Source of the DNA: Eledone cirrhosa | Lineage: Eukaryota | Assembly (NCBI GenBank): GCA_964016885.1 | Contig: OZ024740.1 | Location: forward strand, 350,858,001 to 350,922,000 | Direction of reading: 5' to 3' | Length of the DNA stretch: 64,000 bases | Part shown: piece after piece, positions 36,823-49,077 of the stretch | How the letters are laid out: each line of letters begins with the position of its first letter | How positions within the stretch are numbered: position 1 is the stretch's first letter | Position numbers and translations under genes: made by a program | The notes under the pieces: model-generated | What the model was told of the DNA's origin: nothing | Database searches by the model: none | Seen by the model: the letters and a program-made list of their open reading frames with translations, nothing else

Positions 36823-39800
36823 GGCGACCTACGTTGGAAATCGTATCATCGTGAGTTCCGCAAAGTTTGTTGTTTTCATTTGTTTAAAATTGCCATTTAT
36901 GGAAAATTTTTGTTGTTAACTGTTTATAAGGTCACAAAATTTGCTTTCGGACAAGGACACTCAAAAAGATTGGGGCCTTGAGCCCAAAATTTAAACTTTT
37001 ATAATAATCAAACAAAAAATTTCTTTGAAAAATCATGGACGACTCACAGCCATCACCTTACTCACAAATTAACACCTCACACCGACACCACCATTGTAAA
37101 TTTTACTACGTTTGCAAACACTAAAAATATAAGCAGTAGCAATAATTTAAATTTGTCTCAGGCAGACATTCATTTCCCGCCATTACCAATGACTGCAGGT
37201 GTTGAAGCCGCCACCCCACCACCACCACAGCGACAACAGAAACAAAAGAAAAAAATAAATTATCTCGTGACATCGAAATGGATTCACCCAGAATGGACTC
37301 TTCCACACCGAACACAACTGACGCCACCACCACCACAACTGAAACTAAAAATAACAATAACAAAAATAACGGTAACAACAACAGCAACAACAACAATGAG
37401 AATAACAAAACCACCCTGTCTTTTGCCAAAGCAGCAAAAAACTGCGAAGAAATCCAGGTAACTCAGGAGGAATTAGATGAAGCCAAGAGAATGGTAAAGA
37501 AAGATGGGTACAGGAACAGCCCCCCCCCACGTAATAAAATGGAGCATCAGCGCTATGCACCGTGTCTTATCGGACGATTAACATAAAATCGCGCCGAGTG
37601 GAACGGGCATCAGAGTCCCAAATCCCAAAAGCTTTGGGACATGTGTGGGCAAAAAAAACCACAGCCGACGTGGGCAGAAATATGGAACCGTGGACGTGTT
37701 CTTTGGAATACCACAGGAGGCCAGAGAACACTCCATGGCCCCATTAAGAAGTGACGACTTCACACTCGTCCCAAGCTATTGAAATTCCCTGGCTAATGGC
37801 TGCCGTCCTCGCCGGCATCGAGGCCAAAACCAAGATAATCGACATAGCAAAAGAAAAGCAGAACTTGTCCGGATCTGGAATGGAGCTCCTGATCCAAGTG
37901 GACCAAAAAAGCATTGAGGAGATCCCAGAGGTAATACACCTCACTGACGGCAGCCACCTCACCGTAATCGTTGAGGGCAGAAGGCCTAGGTGTGACGTTT
38001 GTGGTGAAGGAACCCACCTAAGGGTTTTCTGCCCTCAGGCTAAAAGGTTGAGGCCACCTCTCTTACTCACCCCAGTGACTCAACCATCAACACCACCAGC
38101 AGCAGAAATAGCAGCAACAACTGTAGCAGCAACAACAGAAGCAACTGGAACAGCAACAACCCCAGCAACAGTAGTAAAACCACCACCACCACCACCCAAC
38201 GCGCCAGAACTAGCACCAGCGCCTACACCATCCACCACGCCACAACCAAAACCAACGCCTGTGGAGGATTTTCCACTCCCCGACCTATCGCAACTGAAAA
38301 CAGATTGTGACGACGAGGAGTGGAAAACGGAATCAGGAAAAAAGAAAAAAAGAAACAAGCCAAAAAAGAAAAAAATCCTCTTCCCTCCCCCTCCAAAAAC
38401 AAAATACAGAGGGAAACAAATAAACTATCAAACAAAAAAGTTAGGACAGCTATGCCACCATCCACACCAGCATCACCAACCCCATCACCACAAACACCAA
38501 CACCATCACCATCAATAACCCCAACACCACAAAAGTCACCAAAAAGCGAAACAGAAACAAACCCGCAACAAACGCAAACAAAACAACCAAAACGATACAC
38601 ACTACACAGCATTAAATTTGAACAAGCAATTATTACACTAAATCCAACACAACACCAGCATCACAGAAAAAGACTACACAACACCCCAAAAGTTCACACC
38701 ACCTCCACACATAAAGAATCACTCGCATCACAATGAAAACGTACACGACACTAAAACAAAAATTCCTCAAAGATATCGGAGACTTCCGACAAGCACCCTC
38801 CAGGAGGATTTATAAGGACATCCTTCCGGAGGAGGCCACAAGCAGTGAAAAGGATGGAGAAACCATCCTTCCTCTACGAGAAGTAAGGTAAGTGGTCTTT
38901 CCCATCTTTTCCACTCCATTTCAACATGACCTCACTCAGAATAGGCAGCATAAATGCGAGTGGCTTGGGGTCGTCATGGAAGCAGGGCCACCTGCTCAAC
39001 GACCTCAGGTCACTAAACATAGATATAGAGGCCATCAGCGAGACCAGAATCTCCGAAGCACGGGCCTTTGCACCGATCTTCGGCGGCTACGATGTGTACG
39101 CATATCCCAGTCGTCCTGGATCGGGGGCAGGAGTTGCTGTGCTTTTTCGGAGGTTTGGATCTCGCCATACGGGCCATCTTCCTGGACCAGAAGGTAAGTT
39201 GGTGGTGCTGGACGTGACCAGCGGAGACGGGCAAGCTTTCAAGCTAGTGGCTGTCTATGCCCCGACAGGAGCAGGGCGGCCTGATTTCTTCCGGCGACTA
39301 GAGACCTTTCTTGGAACGTCCCGCCCTTTAGTGTTAGTGGGCGACTGGAAGGGGATCTTAAATGCACGCTGGGACTGTGTGGGATTAGCGGATAAGGGAG
39401 GAGGGTGAAAGAGCCTACCAACCTGCTCAGGCGTTTAGAACTGTCTGACAGGTACCGATTGGATTTCCCGAATGTGCCAATGTGGACTTGGACAAACCGC
39501 ATAGGGTCATCCAGATCATATCTAGATAGAGTATTTTGTGGGGAAATAGCTAGATCTAGCATAGGCTGTCCACAATTCAAGATAGTCAGCTACACGGGAC
39601 ACAAATTCGTGATCTGTGTGCTTGACTTAGATAGGCTTCATAGACGAGGACCAAGCTACTGGAAGTTAAATGCGTCCTTACCAGCGCGCAAGGCCTACAG
39701 AGACTGGATTAGCGAACTAGTTAAGCGGGCGTTGACGGGTCCATCGTCAAAAACAAGTGGTGGTTTGATCTGAAAAGAGCGATTAGAATAGAGTCCATTA

Positions 39801-40025
39801 GGTTTAGTAAGGCTTTAGCAATAGAGAAAAATAGAGCAGAGGGAGAACTAGTTAGAAAATTAGACGAGGCGCTTAGCAAAGGCATCGCGACCGACGTACT
39901 TGCGGCGAAATTGACCCGTGACAAATTCTTCAATGCAAAGCACGAAGGCTGCGTTGTCAGAGCCAGGGTGCGTGCTCTCAGACACGGAGGAACGAAAGCC
40001 GTTCAATGGGCCTGAGTGACGGGTC
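36823..40025 (+). mobile_element. Tx1/L1-clade copy 3: 5'UTR, ORF1 (~37278-38891) and APE part of ORF2 (38926-~40020), 3'-truncated
   Basis: VIVEGRRPRCDVCGEGTHLRVFC knuckle; ORF1 ends ...PLREVR*; MTSLRIGSINASGLGSSWKQ and GDWK/YLDRV motifs; frameshifted. Confidence 0.88.
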
Positions 40026-43000
40026 GAAAGGCTCCACTGCTGCCGACGCCGGGTCGAGGACCACAACCAACACCAGCACTGGCAAAACCACCAACAACAA
40101 CACCAATAGAAAGACCACCACCAACATTGACCACACAGGGGGGAAACGAGGAAAGCTGTCAAATTCACCCCCCTAAATACACACACCAATAAAACCATAA
40201 ACATACATACAGACACACTGACAGACACAGATCCTCTCATCTACCAGTAAGGAAGATAAAGGAAAACCAAAATCCCCCAAAATACAAAAAAAGGAAACAC
40301 AAAAAAAAAAACTCAACAAAGCACAAAATCACCCACAATAAAAAACGCAGACACCACCCACGCAAACATCTCTCCAATAACACCAACATCAACACCATCA
40401 TCACCATCACCAGAATTCCTTCAAACGCAAAAACGACCTAAACAGACGCAAGAACAAATATACATACAAACATCTGAAACCACAGACACCGCACTCACAA
40501 CAAACACAGATACAACCGAAACAACACTACCAAAACCATCACCACCACAGCCACGCAAACAAATAAAATCACACCAACAAAACATACAAAGCTTTGTGCT
40601 CGTCAGGAGGGCCAACAAGGATCTGATGGCCCTCGTAGCACGAAGTGAAAATATACAAAAAGAGGGGGACATTTTTAAATCGAGCACATTTCGCGTGCCG
40701 GAAGATTTGGTTCTGGTGCGAATGTCGATCGATATATTCAAAGAAATACGAGACAGCTTTCCTCGGGACGTGGGAACCCCGTACGTAAAACCCACTTCAA
40801 GACTTTTAAAGGGGTTCCCAAAAGAAACCCCACTATGGAGGTCGAACAACCCGACTTCACAAGAGCCCGGAAGGTAAGTAAACCTTCCTCTCTCTCTTTT
40901 TAACCTGCCAACATGGCCGTATTAAGAGTAGGATGTTTAAATGTTCGAGGCCTGGGATCGTCCTGGAAGCAGGGTCACCTGCTCAACGACCTCAGGTCTA
41001 TAGAAATGGATGTAATTGTCGTCAGCGAGACCAGGATTTCCGACACGCGCGCACTAGCCCCCATTTTCGACGACTATCAGATCTTTGCATCTGTTAGCCG
41101 GCCGGGAATGGGAGGCGGGGTGGCAGTGCTGTTTAGGAAAGGCCTGGATCTCGAGGTAAGGTCGATCTTCCGGGACCCGGACGGGAAGTTGGTGGTCCTG
41201 GACGTGAACAATAATGAAGGTGGTGCCTTTAGACTGGTGGCCGTCTATGCTCCTACTGGGGCAGGACGGCCGGACTTCTTTAGACGCCTGGAAGCCTTTA
41301 CTGTTAGCGGGGGACTGGAACGGCATCTTAGACGCACGCTGGGACTGTGTGGGAGTATCCGATAGGAGCGGGGGGTGCAAAAGCCTCAAGAATATGATCA
41401 GCCAGTTCCAACTGACTGACAGGTACCGACTAGATTTCCCTAATGCGCCAGTGTGGACCTGGACTAACCGCATAGGGTCATCTAGATCGTATATAGACAG
41501 GATATTCATTAGGAAAATAGACAGAAATAGTGTAAGCTGTCCACGTTTTGAAACGGTCGCCTATTCAGATCACAAGTCTGTGATCTGTATGGTCGACCTA
41601 GATAAGACGCGTAGGTTAGGACCTGGTTACTGGAAGCTAAACATGTCATTTCCGGCACGTAAGGCTTACAGGGACCAGGTCAACAATTTAGTTAAGAACA
41701 AGTTGACAGGGGGAGTCGTCAACAATAGATGGTGGGGGGCTCTCAAAAGATAGATTAGAGTAATGTCGATAGAGTTTAGCAAAGAAGTAGCGTTAGAGAA
41801 AAATAGAGTTGGTAGATAAGTTAGACGAGGATATTGGTAGTGGCATTGCAACTGACGTGCTAGCGGCGAGAATGGCATTAGACCATTTCTTCAAGCGAAA
41901 CACGAAGGTTGCATTGTCAGAGCTAAGGCGCGTGCTCTGAGAAACGAGGGAACCAAAGCTGTTCGATGGGCCCGCGTGGAAGAGGCACAGCGTGGTAATA
42001 AAACCACGATTCGGTCTTTGACGGACAGAGACGGGCACGAGCTGAGCGATTCCAAGAGGATGTGTGAGGCCTGTCGACAACATTTTGCTCGGTCATTCGG
42101 GGGAAGTGGCGGGTCAGAGATGGTAGCGGACTTCAGTCCCTACCTCGATGGCTTGCCGCAACTCTCGACGGCTGACGCTGGGCGCTGCAAAAGGCCAATT
42201 ACTTCAACCGAGATTCAGGATGCCCTTGTCGGATGCATGAGGCGCAAGTCATCCGGTTTGGATGGTCTGCCTTACGAGCTTTACGTAAATATGCCAGACT
42301 TATTCTCCAATCTCCTCGAAGCCCTCTACTGCAACTGGCAGCAAAACGGGAGTATTCCCAGTTCTGTGAGCCGGGGCGTAGTGACGCTGCTAAGGAAAGA
42401 CGAGAACAAGAGGGACACATACAATTTCAGGCCCATAACTCTGCTCAACACAGAGTTTAAGATTTTGGCCAGGGTGTTAGCGAAGAGGTTGGCGCTTGTC
42501 GTCGGGGATTTGGTTGGGGAAGCGCAAACTTGCGCAATCCCAACCAGATCCATACACGACAACCTCCACCTAATGCGATACATCATAGAGAGGGTAGGGT
42601 GTAAACCTGGCTTCGGTGGGGCTCTGATCAATTTAGATCAATCGAAAGCATTCGATAAGGTCGACCATCGATACCTGGAGGCTGTCCTCAAGGCGGCTGG
42701 CTTCGGCCCCGTCTTCAGAAGCTGGATCGCTGCAATGCACAGCGGCACCTGCTCGATGGTCAACATTAATGGCCACCTCTCGGAACCGTTTCATGTCTCC
42801 CGATCGGTCCGCCAAGGGTGCCCTCTCTCCTCCCTTCTGTACGTATTGACTCTCGAGCCTTTACTGCGGAAGCTGGAGCTATTGCAGGACAACCCGCTCG
42901 AACCGGGACGCGGAAAGGCTGTGTCGGCTTATGCGGACGACATCACCGTGATGGTGTCGGACACCTCAGATATCGAGGTGGTCGGCAACTTATTGGAGGA

Positions 43001-44550
43001 ATATGAAAGGTTGACGGGAGCAAAACTTAACCCGGAAAAGTCAGTGGGCTTGCAACTCGGCACCTGGAGAGGCAAGTCCATGCCGTACAACACCGTCGTT
43101 AGGCGCTGGACGGACGGACCGGTAAAGTTGCTAGGGGTTTGGTTCGGGCCAGACCTCCAGGTGGATAAGAATTGGGACGAGGTGACGGACAGGGTAGCCA
43201 GTCTCACCCAGAAATGGGGTGGGATGAAGCTATCACTGAAAGGTCGGGGGGAAGTGGCGAACGCGTACATCGCGTCCGTCATATACTACCGTCTGACCGT
43301 TCGCGCCTCGCCATCCTGGATCAACTCCTCTTCAAATTCTTATGGAGGGGTCGGGTTCCGCTGGTGAGGCGGTCATCTGCTGCCAGCACCCTCTACGTGG
43401 AGGGCTGGGAATGACGTGGCTAATGATGCGCAGGCACGCGCTGAGGCTGCGGCATCTCCAGATATTCTGCCTAAATGGTGAACAGGTGTGTCGCCGTTTG
43501 TCAGACGGGCCTTTCCCCAGCTCGTTTCTTTGACTAAACTGCAGTCCTGGGTCAAGAAGAGACCGAGACTGGGTGACTGGCATCTGGAATGTTGCCAGGC
43601 ACTCACTGCCCTCTACCAGGCGGGCAATGCGGTCAGTGGAACTTCCACTCTCGAGTTCTTTAGAGGATTAGTGGTGGGGAAATGCGACGACGCACTCGGA
43701 GAGGCTCTGGGAGTCAACGAAGTCGAACTAACCAGTCTGTACCGGAGGACTTTCGAGCCGGGGACGATGGATAATTTCCAAAAATCCCTCGCTTGGCAGT
43801 GCTACTGGGGGGCACTGCTGGTTCGAGATAAACTCTACAGGTACGGAAGTGCTGTCAGACGGACCTACCCGAGATGCGCGCAGAGCGACGAAACCGTTCT
43901 ACACGCTCTCGTCCAGTGTCCGTGCATTACTGACTTGTGGAGTTATGTTGAACAGCTGTTGTCGCGTGTAGAACGGATCCGGCTATCGGCCGAGTCCATA
44001 GTGAAGATGGACCCGCCGCCTTCTTTTGGCCAGGAACTGCAGGCAATTTTCCTCTGTCTGGTTGCAGTAGCGAAAGAGGTTGTATGGTGGACGAGGTTGA
44101 AAGGACTGAAGACAGACACTTTTCTCTTCGCTCAATCCCTCATCAACTTTTTCAAGTTTCACTTGGAAAGGAAGGTGAGGGTGGAGAGAGAAGTGCTGCC
44201 CCCAGTACATTTGCTGAAAGGTGGGTGAATGTGGCGAGAATAGCCCGCGTGAGTGGGCCTACTCTGGTCATGCGGTAGGTAAATTTGAGGGGGAGATGGG
44301 TGCCCTTCCAGGCTGCTCTCGAAGCGTTGGGTCATTCAGGACTGGTGGGGTACCTGAGCGAACCCTAGGTGGTCATCCCCCCTATTGGGGAATTTTTTCT
44401 TGTAATTTTCTTGTTACTTTATTGCTACTTTATTATTGTTACTTTGTTATTGTTATTCATATTGTTTACTCGATTTTTTCTGTAAAACCCCACTGTCCCA
44501 GTCTTTTGTATTGTCCCCTATATGTCGGCCCTTGTGGCCAATAAATGAAA
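40026..44550 (+). mobile_element. Tx1/L1-clade copy 4: 3' half of ORF1 (to 40877), ORF2 and 3'UTR
   Basis: ORF1 ends ...SQEPGR*; the 3' end gtggccaataaatgaaa is followed by (ATT)n. Confidence 0.9.
40913..44278 (+). pseudogene. Tx1 ORF2 (APE + RT), several frameshifts and stops
   Basis: MAVLRVGCLNVRGL, GDWN, YSDH, LDQSKAFDKV, RQGCPLS, YADD; ends ...SGPTLVMR*(TAG). Confidence 0.92.
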
Positions 44551-44570
44551 TCATTATTATTATTATTATC

Positions 44571-44772
44571 AGGGCGGTGGATTGGCAGTATCGGTAGAGG
44601 GTCGGACGCCATGCTTTCCAGCATAGTTACGTCCCTTTATGATCTGAGTTCAAATCCCGCCGAGGTTGACTTTGCCTTTCATCCTTACGGGGTCGATAAA
44701 ATAAAGTACCAGTAATGCACTGGGTACTTGCTGGCCTTGTGCCTAAAGTAGAAACAATTATTATTATTATTA

Positions 44773-44802
<30 letters not shown>
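44571..44802 (+). mobile_element. Full-length tRNA-derived Nin/Deu-core SINE with (ATT)n tail
   Basis: A-box tggcagtatcgg, B-box gagttcaaatcc, core gactttgcctttcatccttacggggtcgataaaataaagtaccag. Confidence 0.92.
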
Positions 44803-44803
<1 letters not shown>

Positions 44804-46994
44804 CCCTCTTTCCCATTTTTACTTGCTTCTTGCCTTCTTAGTTTTTTCTCTTCTTCTTCTTCTTCTTCTTCTTCTTCTTCTTCTTCTTCTTCTTCTTCTT
44901 CTTCTTCTTCTTCTTCATAATCAGCACCCCCACCACTATCTTTTTTAATTACATTTACTTATATTTGTTTCTCTTTCATATTCTTCTGACTTTTCTTTCG
45001 TTATTTCTTTTCCTCTTTCTTAACTGACTGTTTGGACACACAACCAACCCCTTTTCTACCATATTTTCTTACTTTTCCTCTTTCTCTTTCTCTTGTCTTA
45101 ATAACCCCCCCCTCCCCTCCCCACACACACACACATTCTACTTTCTCTTCCACCTTCTACTTCTCCCTGATTACTTTCATCCGTCTTGCTTCTCTCAACA
45201 TATTCCTTTTTGCAACTTTATTTTCCTATATGACAACGATCTGTAGACGTTTCAGTTAAACTTAACCACATCATCCATATCACTATTTTAAGCAAACCTG
45301 CTACGGTATTGAGCTCTGGCCTCTCTCCTTGAGAGTTCTTCATTTCATACCCGACCTCCAGCTCTTCCTATTCCTATCTCCTCCCACATTTATATTCTCC
45401 TTATCTATTTACTGTGCATTTGTCTCTTCTTTGCTATTTTTTGTTATTCTACCCCACCTCTTCATTTTCTACTCTTCCACTTCATATTGTCATCCCTACC
45501 GTGTTGCCGTCAGTTTGTTTATTTGTTCTACTTTCTGCCCTTTTGTTGTTGTTATTGTTAAGTCCTAGGTAGGGCTGATTAATAAAACCTATGATCATTG
45601 ACGTTCCAACCACGGCAGTTCCATCTTTTTTAAAATACTGTATAGTGTATTTAGAAATATCTCATCTAATATACAGCTGTTATTACCTTTTAACTCCAGG
45701 TCAATCTTGATCCAGCAGAATATAATGAAATATGACCATGCAGTCATTTTTCCCCAAATACGATGAATTTCCCGTCGCTTTCAGCTATTCCTGTTTGTGA
45801 AATTAACGTGGTAGTAGCTGGTCATTCGACAGAAAGGAGTACACTTAACTCCTTTCTGTAGCTGAATCAGTGGTACAAAATGTGACATAGCCTGACCTCT
45901 GAAATAAAATCCTTAAAAGAGGAGGGATCGGAGAGAGAGACAGAAAGAGGGAGAGAGAGACAGAGAGGGGGAGAGAGAAAGAGGGGGATCGGTTCAGTAC
46001 TGGACTGATACTTTATCTTGAAAGGAATTAACCTCATAGCATATAGAGCCGGCAAGAATATCGTCAGGTATTATTCTAATCTATGTGTTAACAACTCTGC
46101 CAATACACAGTCTCTATCCAGGAAGAGTCATTAGTGTACCTAGAGATATGTGTCTGCTGTTTCTAGCATGCTAATGCATCGTGTAGAAAAACTGTCTTCT
46201 TGACATACTTATAAATGCATCAATCAATTTGTTTTTAATGTGCACATTATATAACAGCTTTCACACACACACACACACATATATATATATACACGTACGT
46301 GCACACACACGTACATACACGTATACACACACTCACATGTTGTTTGACCTCCGTCGATTCCGATGATGAGTGTTCGAGTTGTTTGAGCAAATGAACGGTG
46401 ACTGAGCATTCCAGTGTGCTAACATACACTCTGAAATAAGCCAAAAAACTTGAGTTAATTTTAAATGGCCTTTAAATTTAGGAGAGAAAATCCTAAACTC
46501 AATTATTGACATTTATCGAATCTTTAGACAAGGCAAAGGAGTGACAACTCAGAAAATTAAATTAAGTAAAATTAGAATTAGATATGGAATGAGGGGACTA
46601 ATACTAAAGTAATGTTATTTTGACAAGAACGGTGGCGTCTTCGGACATATTTCAATAGAACATAGACTTTGTGGCTGTTTGCCAAATCATGTAATGGATT
46701 ATCACTATATAGATGCACGAGAAATGTACATGAGTTTGCTCCACAACTATAAGTAATAACTGGATGGAAATTACCTAATACACCCTGCTCCGCATGAAAC
46801 ACAATACAGTCCTAACATATTTAATGTAGAAGCAAATATTTTCAATTAAAATTACTGTGGTAATGAACAGAGACGGAAATAAGCTCAGATACTTAAGTTA
46901 ATGACATTTGGTCATATAGAAAACAATCCGTTTTTAATGTGCAAGCAATAACATCTTTCATGTGCATGTTATTGTTGGATATTTTTTTCATAGT

Positions 46995-47108
46995 CTGAAG
47001 CAACGTGAAATATAGTGCCTTTCTCAAAGCCTAATGCACTGCCGGGAATGAAATTCACGACATTACGATTTTGAGCCGAGCACCATATCCATTAAACCAC
47101 GCACCTTC
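46995..47108 (-). mobile_element. Diverged tRNA-derived SINE head (second family)
   Basis: gaaggtgcgtggtttaatgg...gaatttcattcccggc resembles the 48565-48662 copy. Confidence 0.55.
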
Positions 47109-47116
47109 ACGTGCAT

Positions 47117-47198
<82 letters not shown>

Positions 47199-47202
<4 letters not shown>

Positions 47203-47361
47203 CCTGCCAACTCTCCCCCATCCGACGGGGTGATCTCCCTTGTGAATATGGGTATAGCTTTCATTATGTAAAATCTCCCCATTTTGCCTTATTTCTCCCC
47301 GTTTTAGGGCACCCTTTTTCATGGTACTCTCCGTTTGGGTCTTTAGAGATTGGCAGGTCTG
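47199..47361. mobile_element. MITE with 12-bp terminal inverted repeats
   Basis: cagacctgccaa ... ttggcaggtctg; 163 bp; no ORF. Confidence 0.75.
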
Positions 47362-48409
47362 GTATGTACACAAATACACACTTACTCAGAGAACATTATG
47401 TGCTTGATCTAGAATCTCATCTGATACTGTTTTAGGAAACATATATTGTTTCAGTCTTCACTTCAAAAAAAGTATTGAAAGTCTGGAGAAACATTCTATC
47501 CAACATCTTGAAATTCTGTCTGATATACTTAAATGTATGTTGCAAAATAAGTTAATCAAAGATCAAAGTGAAATCAAATTACACTTGATTGATTTATACG
47601 ATGTTTTGAGAGCATCAAACAACTTGTTGGAATAGTCACTTCCTTCATATAGATGTACTTATCTAGTTTCGCTGCTATGCTATTCATTTAGTATTTTGCA
47701 TAATTCGACTGAGTATGTTCCACAATAAGCATTTGAATTAATCTCTTTTTCTCGGAACAGCTACTGTCTGCATATAGCCGCATTTTTCTAGTTTTCCCGT
47801 TACGCTATTCATTTCGTATTTTGCATAAATTGCTGTTTCTATTTTCTATAATAGGTATTCAAAGTAATCTCGTTTGTAAATCGACTGTTAGATTTTTACT
47901 GTTCCAAGCAGCCATTGTTTTCGAGCCAACAGGCTTCTACATGAGAAACATTAAACATTATGGTTGTCAACGTGATTAATAGTAATGCTGCAGCCGCAAC
48001 TGCTGGTATTGTTTGTTAAGTAAATATTTTAGGGACACGTCGGCAACTGGTCACATTTATTAATGGCTATGAAATTTTGTAATGCAGGAAGACAGCTGAT
48101 ATAGATATTGACAAAATATCTATATAGCATTAGATAATGTACAAATCTCATTCGTTTCTTTTTTTAGTCGATTGGACATATTTGGATCGAAGCCAATTGT
48201 CTAGATCTGTTGATTGGAGTAAAAATCAATAAGCATCACCCTTATTGAGTCGCTAAAAAATTACAATATCTCTTTTTTTTTTCTCATCTACACTATCGTT
48301 CTAATAAAATGATTACTATTGAGAAATGCATGCGCACACACAATCACGTCCACACTATTATATATATATACGCACAATTATATGTATATACGTATATATA
48401 TATATATAC

Positions 48410-48443
<34 letters not shown>

Positions 48444-48564
48444 GTCAGTCGATCGACTTTTGTCAAATCGGACCGAGGAAACAATGTTTCCATTGGTCTT
48501 TCCAATTGCTACTACTATCTATCGGTCGCAACTCCAGGTAGAAGAAGCAACATGAAATAAAGAT

Positions 48565-48662
48565 TCTTGCTCCGGGACATAACGCATCGCCGGGCCCCGG
48601 AATAGAACTCACAACCTCACGATTGCGAATCCAATCCTGTAACCACTCAGCCACGTGCCTTC
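48565..48662 (-). mobile_element. tRNA-derived SINE head (second family)
   Basis: gaaggcacgtggctgagtggtta (A box) ... gagttctattcc (B-box-like) ... gttatgtcccggagcaaga. Confidence 0.65.
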
Positions 48663-48678
48663 ACACACACACACACAG

Positions 48679-48711
<33 letters not shown>

Positions 48712-48720
48712 AATACACAC

Positions 48721-48774
<54 letters not shown>

Positions 48775-49046
48775 ATCTAGGGCGGGTAAAATTCCCGAGA
48801 TCCATGGACGAGTTCTCTCCAGCGGTCTCTGTCCCTCATTATCGCTGCCATGTCCTGTGTCTCCAACAGACCAGTGTCTGTCCTTAGCGCATCAACATAC
48901 GTTAACTTGGTCTTCCTCTTCCAGTGTGTCCATGTAGGGGCTCCCACAGGAGCACTGAGTGCAAGGTCATATACATATATATCATATGCGATGACTTCTA
49001 CATAGCTAGAAGTATTTCATTTATATCAAATCATCAAGGAAGTTAA

Positions 49047-49077
<31 letters not shown>

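Noticed and set aside
44571-44665. tRNA gene
   Set aside because: A and B boxes are present but there is no cloverleaf, and it continues into the SINE core; it is a SINE head.
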